The notes beneath the pieces are model-generated. The model had not been told where the DNA came from and searched no databases. It worked only from the letters and a program-made list of their open reading frames with translations. Of a DNA stretch of 64,000 nt, positions 52,909 through 62,464 are shown piece after piece (the first letter of the stretch is position 1; every line of letters starts with the position of its first letter). The stretch spans positions 1 through 64,000 of the forward strand of contig JBDRRF010000068.1 of the NCBI GenBank assembly GCA_043825875.1. The letters are read 5' to 3'. The position numbers were made by a program, and so were the translations under genes. The DNA comes from Pseudomonadota bacterium (GTDB lineage: Bacteria; Desulfobacterota; Desulfobacteria; Desulfobacterales; RPRI01).

Positions 52909-53394
52909 TTACAACCCAGCCAAAGTATCAAAGTGTGGTTTTAAATTATTATAAGTAGCCATTATATGCTCAGGTATAACTCTTACATCGGCAAATACTG
53001 TAAGCGCATTTGTATCGCCGAACCATCTCGGCACTATATGAAAATGCAGATGCTCTTCAATGCCTGCTCCGGCAACCTTTCCAAGGTTTAAGCCTACATT
53101 GAATCCATCCGGTTTCATGACAAGCTTTAATATTGCTATTGATCTATCCACAAGTTCAAGCAAATCCGCTTTTTCTTTTCTGTCAAGCTCATCCAAACCG
53201 GCAATGTGCTTAACCGGTGCAACAAGAAGATGGCCGTTGATATAAGGAAATTTATTCATTACTACCATGGATAATTTCCCTTTAAACAGAGTCAGGTCGT
53301 CATCTTTGCCTAAAGCATTACAAAAAACACAACCTGAACTTTTATTATTATTAAGAATATATTCGATGCGCCAGGGCGCCCATACAGTTTTCAT
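52909..53394 (-). CDS. HIT family hydrolase
   Basis: WAPWR, CVFC, NKFPY..GH, HLHFHIVPR. Confidence 0.92.
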   Translation of the reverse strand: MKTVWAPWRIEYILNNNKSSGCVFCNALGKDDDLTLFKGKLSMVVMNKFPYINGHLLVAPVKHIAGLDELDRKEKADLLELVDRSIAILKLVMKPDGFNVGLNLGKVAGAGIEEHLHFHIVPRWFGDTNALTVFADVRVIPEHIMATYNNLKPHFDTLAGL

Positions 53395-53435
53395 TACAAC
53401 CTCTATTTTATTATAACGGCTGCGCGCCGTTTATT

Positions 53436-53530
53436 AAGGGTTCAAGGATTCGAGGGGGCAAGGGTTCAAGTGAAACATTATATACATCCAACGCTCGAAC
53501 CCTGGACCTCTCGATCCCTTGAATCCTTCT
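53436..53530. repeat. Inverted arrays of ~8-bp units (AGGGTTCA/AGGATTCG vs TCGAACCC/TTGAATCC)
   Basis: Two short tandem arrays in opposite orientation around a ~20-nt spacer. Confidence 0.6.
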
Positions 53531-53558
53531 CTTTTAATTTCCAAATAACAAGCTGCAT

Positions 53559-54293
53559 CTAAAGAGACACCACCTCTACATCTCCCCAAAAACCGGCAGC
53601 ATCACCAATTATAATAACAATCCCTTTCACACCTTCAATTGTATTGCCGAATTTTATAGCATCATTAATATCTTTTTTTTTCTTAACACGGTTTCCTAAA
53701 GAAGTTGCCACAGCATCCGCAAGAGAACATGAATCAGATACTATACAAACTGCATCGGCTTTCCCGAAGCTAAGCGAGTGGCCCACAGTCCCTGATGAGG
53801 TACATACTGCAACAGGTTGACCGCAAGAGTCAATACGCAATCCGATTTTAAGACTCAATGGAGAATCCGCAGCATAAATGCCGACCGTAAGCGCATTATT
53901 TGTTTTAAAAAATACATCCCCGCCGTTTTCAACTATCACTTCATCTGAATATGATAAAAGACCATTTCCCACATTTTCTGCAACAGCACCTGCTACAGCA
54001 GCCATCGGGCCAACCCCGGCTTTTTTACCGGCATATATCATATCTCTTATAATTTTTGGTGCAAAGCCTTCGATATTCCATGGAACAAGCGTTTTTGAAA
54101 ATTCAGGATTTTCTCTGATATACTTTTCAATAAAACCTCTGTGTTTTAAAACCATTTCCAGAGTTAATTTATTTAACGGCTTTTTGGCATGTACCAGCAA
54201 ATCCGTTTCCTGGGAAATAACATTAAACGAAACAAGACTATCCGATTTTATTAAATTACGGTAAGTTCTTTGCTGATATCCGGTACTTATCAT
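53559..54293 (-). CDS. UPF0280 / ApbE-like protein
   Basis: GVGPMAAVAGA, VENGGD, CTSSGTVGHSLSFG.AD. Confidence 0.9.
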   Translation of the reverse strand: MISTGYQQRTYRNLIKSDSLVSFNVISQETDLLVHAKKPLNKLTLEMVLKHRGFIEKYIRENPEFSKTLVPWNIEGFAPKIIRDMIYAGKKAGVGPMAAVAGAVAENVGNGLLSYSDEVIVENGGDVFFKTNNALTVGIYAADSPLSLKIGLRIDSCGQPVAVCTSSGTVGHSLSFGKADAVCIVSDSCSLADAVATSLGNRVKKKKDINDAIKFGNTIEGVKGIVIIIGDAAGFWGDVEVVSL

Positions 54294-54355
54294 ATATTTT
54301 CGTTATTTTACAATTGCCGGTTAAAATAATGCACAAGGCTTATAATTTTTTCCCT

Positions 54356-54387
54356 ATATATCAACTAAGCATTATTAAAGCAAAAAT
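54356..54387 (+). repeat. 32-bp direct repeat, left copy
   Basis: ATATATCAACTAAGCATTATTAAAGCAAAAAT, identical at 56553-56584. Confidence 0.9.
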
Positions 54388-54751
54388 TTTTTTAGAATGG
54401 AATATTTAATAATCAGAAATCAAGCGGACTTTTGGCCTCCTTTAAGGTTTGGCTCTTTACCGCATGGGCATATAATCTCCTTCTTCCGGATAGTTTGAGG
54501 GTTATGTTACATTAACAAGGACCGGTATATTTCATAGTTGACGTGACACTACTGCTGAAGCTTCACCACCATACTACACAATCTTTCTTAAGGTGTATAT
54601 TTTTAACCCTTAACCCATAATATTGTATATAATATGTAAATATTTGCTCTTTATAAAAATAATTTGCATTATTTGGTGTTGTGGTTTATAATATGCCTAT
54701 AATTAAACTTTAATGGAATATAATACTTTAATATGCACTATTGGTGACATT

Positions 54752-55090
54752 ATGGCATTCAATAAAATATCCCCGGCTGCTATAGCGGAACAATTAGGAG
54801 ACAGACTAAAACAAGCGAGGTTGAATACCGATTTAACCCAGGCCCAATTGGCATCAAAAACCGGTTTAAGCAGGAGGACGATTCTGAATGCAGAAAAAGG
54901 TAACGTCCAGCTAAAAAATCTGGTCGCAATTATGGCTGGATTGGACTTGGTAGACCACCTTAATTTTTTCTTACCCGTACAAGAAATATCTCCTTTACAA
55001 TTGGCTAAACTAAAGGGGAAAAAACGGCAACGCGCTTCAAGATCTCAAAAGAGAGAATTACCGATCAGAGAGGATAAGCCTTTATGGTAA
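54752..55090 (+). CDS. hipB: HipB-like XRE antitoxin
   Basis: HTH 'RLKQARLNTDLTQAQLASKTGLSRRTILNAEKG'; overlaps hipA start. Confidence 0.8.
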   Translation: MAFNKISPAAIAEQLGDRLKQARLNTDLTQAQLASKTGLSRRTILNAEKGNVQLKNLVAIMAGLDLVDHLNFFLPVQEISPLQLAKLKGKKRQRASRSQKRELPIREDKPLW

Positions 55091-56406
55091 TAGAAGTCGT
55101 TAGAGTAAAATACAATGGGCAAGATGTTGGTGCTGTCAGTTTTAATACTGAAACAAGCGTAGGTGCATTTGAGTTTGAATCTAGCTTTATTAAAACTGGC
55201 ATAGAGCTTTCGCCTATAAAAATGCCTTTATCCAAAAGGATTTACTCGTTTCCGGAAAATAATAATGAAACTTTCAAAGGGTTACCTGGCTTAATTGCAG
55301 ATTCTTTGCCGGATGATTTTGGTAATGCGGTGATGAATGCCTGGATAGCTGCTCAAGGAAAGTCAGTAAAAGATATCACCCCATTGCAACGCCTTCAATA
55401 TACTGGCAACCGTGGCATGGGGGCATTAACCTATTCTCCGGCAATCCAACGAAAAAACTTGAATAAGTCTCAACATATTGAAATCCAATCTTTGATTTCT
55501 ATAGCCCAGGAAATTATAAATAAACGGGAACAATTCAAAGCAACACTTGGGTCACAAGGACAAGAAAATAAAGAAGCAATGATGGCGCTATTGTCTGTTG
55601 GTATGAGTGCAGGTGGTGCCAGACCTAAAGCAGTACTTGCATTTAACAAAGACTTCACTCAGGTGAGATCTGGGCAGACAGACGCACCTGAGGGGTTCAC
55701 TCATTTCGTAATGAAATTTGATGGAGTCAGTGAAACGAACAAGAATAAGGAAACATTTGGAGATCCAATGGGGTATGGCACAATGGAGTATGTTTATCAC
55801 CTCATGGCAAAAGCATGCGGGATAGATATGATGCCCTGTCACTTGCTGAATGAAGGAAACAGACGCCATTTCATTACTAAACGGTTCGACCGGGACGGCA
55901 ATCATAAGATACACATACAAACATTAAATGGTATAGCACATGTCGATTATAAAAAAGTCGGTTCTTATTCATATGAGGAAGTATTCTCACTTGCAAGAGA
56001 GCTTGGATTAAGCCCGAATGATGCATTGCAAATATTTAAACGCATGGTTTTTAATATCATTGCACGTAATCACGACGATCATTCTAAAAATATTGGATTC
56101 ATGCTGGACAGTCAACATCAGTGGCAATTGGCTCCAGCCTATGATTTAGCTTACAGTTACAAACCAGGAAGTCCTTGGGTAAGCAGTCATTGGATGAGGC
56201 TCAATGGGAAGAGAGACAATTTTATACGTGAAGATTTCTATGGCCTTGGAAAATTAAGCCCGATATTTGCCAAACGGAAAATTGATCATATCATTGACGA
56301 AACCACAGAGCACATTTCAGCATGGAACGAATTGGCAATTGAACATGGCGTTCCAAAATCATTGGTAGAAATGATAAATAACAATTTACGATTAAAAATC
56401 AAATAA
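55084..56406 (+). CDS. hipA: HipA family toxin kinase
   Basis: DSLPD.FG, SAGGARPKA, KRFDR, NHDDHSKN, LAPAYDL. Confidence 0.93.
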   Translation: MVIEVVRVKYNGQDVGAVSFNTETSVGAFEFESSFIKTGIELSPIKMPLSKRIYSFPENNNETFKGLPGLIADSLPDDFGNAVMNAWIAAQGKSVKDITPLQRLQYTGNRGMGALTYSPAIQRKNLNKSQHIEIQSLISIAQEIINKREQFKATLGSQGQENKEAMMALLSVGMSAGGARPKAVLAFNKDFTQVRSGQTDAPEGFTHFVMKFDGVSETNKNKETFGDPMGYGTMEYVYHLMAKACGIDMMPCHLLNEGNRRHFITKRFDRDGNHKIHIQTLNGIAHVDYKKVGSYSYEEVFSLARELGLSPNDALQIFKRMVFNIIARNHDDHSKNIGFMLDSQHQWQLAPAYDLAYSYKPGSPWVSSHWMRLNGKRDNFIREDFYGLGKLSPIFAKRKIDHIIDETTEHISAWNELAIEHGVPKSLVEMINNNLRLKIK

Positions 56407-56408
56407 TC

Positions 56409-56550
56409 GAGCCACTTTCAAAACGTTTCAGTTTGGTCAAGTTCAAGGCGGGAGAAAATTTCAACCACAGGAATACATTTAGTATTTTAAGAATTGAAAT
56501 TTGAGCCCAACGCTTAAGATCGGCCAAAATGGGACATTTAAAACTGGCTC
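56409..56550 (+). mobile_element. MITE-like element, copy 4
   Basis: Same sequence as 1-143 with a slightly decayed right TIR. Confidence 0.85.
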
Positions 56551-56552
56551 TC

Positions 56553-56584
56553 ATATATCAACTAAGCATTATTAAAGCAAAAAT
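56553..56584 (+). repeat. 32-bp direct repeat, right copy
   Basis: Identical to 54356-54387. Confidence 0.9.
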
Positions 56585-56598
56585 ATTTTTGGAGAACT

Positions 56599-57582
56599 CT
56601 ATAAATCATCCAAAGGGCTTATCACGCCATGCCCGCCTTGCTGAAGAACATGGGTATAAATCAGGGTGGTGGAAATATCGTTGTGTCCCAAAAGTGCTTG
56701 TATAGTTCGTATATCAGTACCCCTTTGTAACAAATGTGTTGCAAAGCTGTGTCGGAATGTATGTGCACTAATGCGTTTGTTTATATGTGCCTTTCGAACA
56801 GCCGATTTAATAGCTTTGTTAATTACGCTCGGATCAATATGGTGACGTCGTGTAACACCGCCGCGAGGATCAGTTGATAAGGAACTTGCAGGAAATACAT
56901 ACTGCCACCCCCATTCCTTCGCCGCATTTCGATATTTGATTGACAGAGCATTTGGCAAATAAACTTCACCATACCCATTTGACAAATCGTTTTCATGCAA
57001 AGCTTTTACTTTATTCAGATGATTTTGCAGAAAAGGAATGACCGATTCAGGAAATGTAGTTACACGGTCTTTATTCCCCTTCCCGGATCGAACTGTAACA
57101 GTTTTCATTTTTTGGTCTATATCCTGAACACGCAACCGGATTGCTTCTGAAATCCTTAACCCGCATCCATATATCAGTTTTACTACCAATTGGGGTATAC
57201 CTTCTATAAAAGATATGACTTTAGAAGTTTCTTCCTTAGTCATTACCACTGGAACATTTAATTTTTTAGATGCCCGGATTGAATTAATCTGCTTTTCCAA
57301 AGGTTCTTTTAAAACCTTTTTATAGAAAAATACCAGGGCATTAAATGCCTGATTCTGAGTTGCAGGAGATACGTTTCTATTCACTGCAAGATCTGTTAAA
57401 AATATTTCAATCTTATGTTCCCCGTCAGATAGATCTTCGCGTGACTTCATTTTATGAAATAACACATATCTTTTTATCCAGTCGCAATAGGTTCTTTCTG
57501 TGTTGATTGAATAGTGATGGAGTCGCATAACATCCCGAACTTCATCCATTAGCTTACTTTCTTTTTGTGTTGACATGCTCAT
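56599..57582 (-). CDS. intI: Integron integrase
   Basis: GLRISE, GKGNKDR, HTFRHSFATH, LLGH, IYTH, plus integron-specific insert 'VYLPNAL..KY..A..EWGWQYVFP'. Confidence 0.97.
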   Translation of the reverse strand: MSMSTQKESKLMDEVRDVMRLHHYSINTERTYCDWIKRYVLFHKMKSREDLSDGEHKIEIFLTDLAVNRNVSPATQNQAFNALVFFYKKVLKEPLEKQINSIRASKKLNVPVVMTKEETSKVISFIEGIPQLVVKLIYGCGLRISEAIRLRVQDIDQKMKTVTVRSGKGNKDRVTTFPESVIPFLQNHLNKVKALHENDLSNGYGEVYLPNALSIKYRNAAKEWGWQYVFPASSLSTDPRGGVTRRHHIDPSVINKAIKSAVRKAHINKRISAHTFRHSFATHLLQRGTDIRTIQALLGHNDISTTLIYTHVLQQGGHGVISPLDDL

Positions 57583-57699
57583 AATAAAATGTTTTTATCT
57601 CACATCCGATTTATAAATTTTTTCCTGACCGATACCTATTTCTCGTTATTTTAAGTAATTTTATACCAACTTTATTTTAAATCAAGACTGATATTAACA

Positions 57700-57775
57700 A
57701 AGGGCAAATTTGCCCGAATACTCCCTAAAAACCATGTTATCAGGGCAAATTGACCTGATAATAATATTATCGGCA
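57700..57775 (+). other. attI region
   Basis: Between intI start and first cassette; GGGCAAATT repeats, CCCTAAAA-accat-GTTATCA, TTATCAGG/CCTGATAA palindrome. Confidence 0.6.
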
Positions 57776-57784
57776 GGAGATGTA

Positions 57785-58561
57785 ATGGCACACGAGTTTG
57801 ATGGTAAAAAATATGAAAAGGCCTCAGCTCATCAAAAAGAGTGGGGAGCTAAATTAATTTCTGAATTGGAGTTGAAGGGCAACGAATGCGTTCTTGATTT
57901 GGGATGTGGGGATGGCGTTAATACGGCATTAATTGCTGATGTCCTTCCCAATGGTGAAGTGGTCGGTATAGATGCCTCAAAGGGCATGATCAATACTGCA
58001 AAACCAAAGGAAAAAGCTAATCTGCGCTTTATCCTCATGGATATTGATGAAATGCCGTTCGAAGACGAATTCGATGTCATTTATTCGAATGCAACTCTTC
58101 ATTGGGTTAAAGATCATCATCGTCTTTTAAGAAACGTATTTAAAGCTCTTAGGGAAGGCGGTCTTCTAAGATTCAATTTTGCAGCTGACGGTAATTGTGC
58201 TCACTTTTTCAAGGTTATTCGCAAGGCAATGGGAAAAGAGGACTTTTACCGTTACTTTTCAGATTTTTCATGGCCTTGGTATATGCCCACAATTGATGAA
58301 TATACTCAATTGGTTAATCAAAGTGAACTTAAAACGGCCAAGGTATGGGGTGAAAATGCAGATCGTTATTTCCCGAATACTGAAACCATGATCGGTTGGG
58401 TTGACCAACCGAGCCTTGTGCCATTCCTGGTCTGTGTACCAGACCCTCACAAGGCCGATTTCCGAGAATATGTTATTGGCGAAATGATACAGGAAACAAA
58501 GCAATCCGATGGACAATGCTTTGAAACTTTTCGTCGGATTAACCTTCTTGCAAGGAAATGA
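57785..58561 (+). CDS. Cassette 1: class I SAM methyltransferase (trans-aconitate MTase-like)
   Basis: VLDLGCGDG, FDVIYSNATLHWV; AGGAG RBS. Confidence 0.88.
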   Translation: MAHEFDGKKYEKASAHQKEWGAKLISELELKGNECVLDLGCGDGVNTALIADVLPNGEVVGIDASKGMINTAKPKEKANLRFILMDIDEMPFEDEFDVIYSNATLHWVKDHHRLLRNVFKALREGGLLRFNFAADGNCAHFFKVIRKAMGKEDFYRYFSDFSWPWYMPTIDEYTQLVNQSELKTAKVWGENADRYFPNTETMIGWVDQPSLVPFLVCVPDPHKADFREYVIGEMIQETKQSDGQCFETFRRINLLARK

Positions 58562-58566
58562 AACAT

Positions 58567-58653
58567 GCCGAACAAAGTCAATTAACCTGACGCCGATAAC
58601 TTACGGACTTTATGCCCAAACGGCGGCGGCGCAGGTTATTTCCGGCGTTAGCA
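58567..58653 (+). other. attC1
   Basis: GCCGAAC...TAACCTGACGCCG/CGGCGCAGGTTA...GTTAGCA with an extra-helical base. Confidence 0.88.
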
Positions 58654-58674
58654 CTATATCCAGAGAAGTACATA

Positions 58675-59061
58675 ATGGCTAAAAAGCGTACAAACAGAAA
58701 AAGATGGATCATATATTTATCGTTAGTTGTTTTTGCGTGCCTATCAGTCATGGCCATTTTTAATGGAAACTATATCCTGAATAAGATATGCGTATATACC
58801 TATAATGGTTATTTTATTCCTAAAGAATCGAATGCAGCTGATTTCCGTCCAATAGTATGGAATGACGGCAATGGTGAGTACTGGATCTATGGAGAAGATA
58901 AATTGTTCTATTATCATGCTGGAGACGGTGCGATTTCAAATGATTACATATTGATCGAGAAGAGCATCGCAAGGAAGTGTGAGGAATTTGATCCAAAAGA
59001 CTATAACACTTGGTGCCAAATATATCCCCCAAAAGAGCAAAAGACGGGTAAACAGATATGA
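58675..59061 (+). CDS. Cassette 2: hypothetical protein with N-terminal TM
   Basis: Lies between GTTAGCA and complementary TGCTAAC. Confidence 0.75.
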   Translation: MAKKRTNRKRWIIYLSLVVFACLSVMAIFNGNYILNKICVYTYNGYFIPKESNAADFRPIVWNDGNGEYWIYGEDKLFYYHAGDGAISNDYILIEKSIARKCEEFDPKDYNTWCQIYPPKEQKTGKQI

Positions 59062-59069
59062 TTAAGGAG

Positions 59070-59129
59070 TGCTAACATCCGCTTTCAGAGCGGACTCGGA
59101 CCCCTCGCGGCTAAATCCTGGTGTTATGG
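59070..59129 (+). other. attC2
   Basis: TGCTAAC...GTTATGG, 60 bp, imperfect stem. Confidence 0.75.
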
Positions 59130-59131
59130 TA

Positions 59132-59530
59132 ATGAAAAATAGGATAGCAAAATTTATTTATGAATTACTTTTTATAGAAATATTTGCGTTAGTTATAGGT
59201 GCTGGTGCAGGCTTTATGCAAGGCATCGTTGCTTTTTCAGGTCAAAAGACAGAGTTGGTCTTGCAGTTTGGCGCATGGGCTGCCTTTACTGGTATGGGAT
59301 TAGCTATCGTAATTATACCTCTGTTATATTTTGGGTTGATTCGTAATTCTTTGACATTATCAACAGCTATTGAACTGATCTCTTTAATTATAATTATTGG
59401 GTTATTTTCTGCTTTTGTTCTGAAAACATATTTTGATGCTGGATGGTTGTCGTGGATTGTTACAACGATATCATCTTTAATTATGACACTTATATATTGT
59501 AAGACGGGTTTCCGAATAATTAAAAATTAA
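59132..59530 (+). CDS. Cassette 3: four-TM membrane protein
   Basis: Lies between GTTATGG and CCATAAC. Confidence 0.75.
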   Translation: MKNRIAKFIYELLFIEIFALVIGAGAGFMQGIVAFSGQKTELVLQFGAWAAFTGMGLAIVIIPLLYFGLIRNSLTLSTAIELISLIIIIGLFSAFVLKTYFDAGWLSWIVTTISSLIMTLIYCKTGFRIIKN

Positions 59531-59573
59531 AACCCGACAGCACATTGTTTGTTTAGACTTATAAAAGTGCAAA

Positions 59574-59660
59574 CCATAACAAATCAATTAACCCAACACC
59601 GAGTAAGTAACGTTTTTTTGCCTTGGCCAGTGGCGGTGTGGGTTATTTCCACCGTTAACC
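59574..59660 (+). other. attC3
   Basis: CCATAAC...TAACCCAACACCG/CGGTGTGGGTTA...GTTAACC. Confidence 0.88.
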
Positions 59661-59671
59661 ATCAAGAGAAT

Positions 59672-60112
59672 ATGATCCCAACTATCTCAGAAAACCATAC
59701 TGAAACATCTGTAAATGTAAGAGGCATAGTTGAACGAGTTTTACGGTATCAAAAGCCCGAAACACTGAACGATTTAAACGAAATATTGATTCTTGATAAA
59801 TCGGAACCTGATATTGGATTCGGATGCTATCGAAAAGCAGAGGGGAAAATAGAAATATATTTGGATAATCTTTTAAAATGGCAGCCTTGGATTCTTAAAA
59901 AGTCATATTTATTTCCGTATATGACGATAGCGATGGCTTTATGTCATGAACTTGATAACCATGTCACAAGAGATAACTCCAGAATTGATCGAGAAAAGTC
60001 AGCAGAAAATAGTGTGATAAAATATCTCTATCCATCATTAGGCGTTTTTAAACCAGCAGTCGGGATTTTACGACTATTTGGCAAAAAAAAAGATGGAATG
60101 GTTAACCAATAG
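59672..60112 (+). CDS. Cassette 4: hypothetical protein with zincin-like HELDNH motif
   Basis: Lies between GTTAACC and GGTTAAC; ORF reads into attC4. Confidence 0.7.
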   Translation: MIPTISENHTETSVNVRGIVERVLRYQKPETLNDLNEILILDKSEPDIGFGCYRKAEGKIEIYLDNLLKWQPWILKKSYLFPYMTIAMALCHELDNHVTRDNSRIDREKSAENSVIKYLYPSLGVFKPAVGILRLFGKKKDGMVNQ

Positions 60113-60169
60113 CTCCACCTGACCCCAAGGGCCTCGCGGCCCTGGGGCCAGGTGAGCATGGCGTTAGTT
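60100..60169 (+). other. attC4
   Basis: GGTTAAC...GCTCCACCTGACCCCA/TGGGGCCAGGTGAGC...GTTAGTT. Confidence 0.9.
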
Positions 60170-60181
60170 TTAATAAATGAA

Positions 60182-60547
60182 ATGAAGAAATTAATATTAT
60201 TTATTATAATCATTGTTCCAATATACTCGTTTTTAGGGTGCTCTAAAGAAACCAAAAGCAGAAATCTAGATGAATTAGTACTCTATATTGTTCAGAAAGC
60301 TAATGAAAACGATACTAAGTATTTTGAAAAATATCTTGACGAATCATATAAGGGGCAATCATCAAAATTAATCGGAATGATTAAAAAAAGTGAAATGCTA
60401 TCAAACTATAAAAAGCATTTTAGTGAAACATTACAAAATACAGCTAATTTAAATTATCACTATTTGAAAAAGGGTTGTCATTTTCAAATAGATTTAATTA
60501 AAAATAATGACGGTTGGAAGATAAATAGGATTTGGTTTTGTAGATAA
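60182..60547 (+). CDS. Cassette 5: lipoprotein
   Basis: MKK plus hydrophobic stretch and FLGC lipobox. Confidence 0.75.
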   Translation: MKKLILFIIIIVPIYSFLGCSKETKSRNLDELVLYIVQKANENDTKYFEKYLDESYKGQSSKLIGMIKKSEMLSNYKKHFSETLQNTANLNYHYLKKGCHFQIDLIKNNDGWKINRIWFCR

Positions 60548-60548
60548 A

Positions 60549-60625
60549 AACTAACAACTCCTTCCAGCTGACCGTCACTTCGCCGCTTTGCGGCTTCGTT
60601 CCGGCCGGTGAACTTGTCGTTGAGC
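60549..60625 (+). other. attC5 (IS inserted at its GTT core)
   Basis: AACTAAC...TTCCAGCTGACCG/CGGCCGGTGAA...GTT|GAGC. Confidence 0.85.
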
Positions 60626-62464
60626 CTGTCGAAAAAGTAAATATTTCTTTTTAAAGTAGTAAAATATACGTGAAAAATATGCTGATCTGTGGTATAGAGT
60701 AGTAAATCAATTAACGAGTTACCCTCCGGAGAATCACAGATGGCGCGATATAAATACTATGACTACAATCAGCTGATGATGGTGCCGGTATCACTGGAAG
60801 AACAATTGATACCAGGCACATTGGAATACGCAATAAACCATGTGGTGGAAGAACGTCTTGACTTAAGGGTTTTTGACGAGCGGTATCGCAACGACGAAAC
60901 AGGTCGCAAAGCAATAGATCCAAAGATTTTGATAAAGATCGTGCTTTTCGGTTATTCAAGAGGAATGTTATCATCACGGTCTTTGGAGCGGGCATGCAAT
61001 GAAAATATAATATTCATGGCTTTGGCATGCGGGCAAAAGCCGGATCACAGTACCATAGCAGCTTTTGTCTCTTCAATAGATAAAGAGATCGATTTGTTAT
61101 TTACGAAGGTGCTTTTGGTCTGTGAAGAAGAAGAATTACTTGGCGGAACACATTTCAGCCTGGACGGTTTGAAGCTTTCTTCGAATGCGGCAAAGGAATG
61201 GAGCGGCACATTTTCCGATTTGAAAAAGAAACAGGAAGCATTGAATCGGAAAGTAAAAGAGGCAATTTCAGAACACCGGGAGGCCGATAAAAGAGAAGGT
61301 AGGAAGTCTGATACTGATCAGCAGCGTTTTGAAAAACGTATCAAGAGACTGAAGCAGAAAGCCGAAAATATTGAAAAGTTTCTTTCGGAGAACGAACCTA
61401 AAATCGGATCCGGTGGCAAAGAGATACAGAGTAACGTCACAGATAATGAATCAGCCAAGATGGCAACTTCGCACGGGGTATTGCAAGGATATAATGCAAA
61501 TGCGATAGTAGATGAGAAACATCAGGTAGTAATGCATGCCGAGGCTTTTGGAAAAGGCGATGACAGCTCCATTATGGAACCAATGCTTAAGGGAGCGAAA
61601 GAAAAACTGGAAGCTGCTGGATGGGAAGACCCTCTAAGGGACAGGACAATCAGCGCTGACACCGGATACTACAGTGTAAAGAACCTTGAAGCCTGTAAGG
61701 AATCAGAAGTTGATGCCTATGTACCTGATCCGCAGTTTAGAAAGAGAGATATCCGGTTTGCAGATGCAGGTCGGCACCGCCGTTCGGTTGATAAGCGCAA
61801 GGAAAGATACAAATCAAAAAAGTACTTCAGTGTTGAAGACTTCAAGTTGGATGATCACACGGGCAAATTAATTTGTCCTGCAGGCCATGGGCTATATGTC
61901 AAGAATCGTAATTTTGTGACAGGGAACGGATATAAAGGAATTGCCTACCAAGCGCCGAAGACAGCGTGCCGTGATTGTCAATTGCGATCCAAATGCTTGC
62001 GCAATCCCAATACGGTATCGCGTCAGGTCCATGTGTTCGAAGGGAATCGGCCTGGGAGCCTTACTGATGAAATGAAGCAAAAGATCGACACTGCTGAGGG
62101 TCGCCGCACTTACAGCAAACGTCTTGGTATTGTGGAACCGGTTTTCGGCAACATTCGAGCATGTAAGAAAATGGACAGGTTCACGTTGCGTGGGAAGATA
62201 AAGGTAAACATCCAATGGATGCTTTACTGCCTTGTGCATAATATTGAAAAGATCATTAATTACGGAAAAAGTTATGCGGTGGCACCAGCATAATAGGAGA
62301 TCAGGGCAGAGATCTATAAGCCAAAGCAAAATCAGCGATATTACGTGCTCCTATTTTTAATATTAAGATGCAAAGTACAAGTTCTTCATAAAAATTAATA
62401 TTTTCTGAAAAAATTGCTTTGCTGATAAAATATCCGAACTGTAAAGTAGTTTTTCGACAATCTC
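60622..62464 (+). mobile_element. IS1182-family insertion sequence
   Basis: TIRs GAGCCTGTCGAAAAAGTA / TAGTTTTTCGACAATCTC (15/18 match), flanked by GTT on both sides. Confidence 0.9.
60740..62293 (+). CDS. IS1182-family DDE transposase
   Basis: 'SSRSLE', 'PDHSTIA', 'LDGLKL', 'GYNAN', 'ADTGY', 'CPAG', 'VEPVFGNI'. Confidence 0.92.
   Translation: MARYKYYDYNQLMMVPVSLEEQLIPGTLEYAINHVVEERLDLRVFDERYRNDETGRKAIDPKILIKIVLFGYSRGMLSSRSLERACNENIIFMALACGQKPDHSTIAAFVSSIDKEIDLLFTKVLLVCEEEELLGGTHFSLDGLKLSSNAAKEWSGTFSDLKKKQEALNRKVKEAISEHREADKREGRKSDTDQQRFEKRIKRLKQKAENIEKFLSENEPKIGSGGKEIQSNVTDNESAKMATSHGVLQGYNANAIVDEKHQVVMHAEAFGKGDDSSIMEPMLKGAKEKLEAAGWEDPLRDRTISADTGYYSVKNLEACKESEVDAYVPDPQFRKRDIRFADAGRHRRSVDKRKERYKSKKYFSVEDFKLDDHTGKLICPAGHGLYVKNRNFVTGNGYKGIAYQAPKTACRDCQLRSKCLRNPNTVSRQVHVFEGNRPGSLTDEMKQKIDTAEGRRTYSKRLGIVEPVFGNIRACKKMDRFTLRGKIKVNIQWMLYCLVHNIEKIINYGKSYAVAPA

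Noticed and set aside
58612..60181. N-terminal ORF extensions starting at 58612, 59069, 59549 and 60152
   Set aside because: They run through attC sites; the real starts lie downstream of each GTT.
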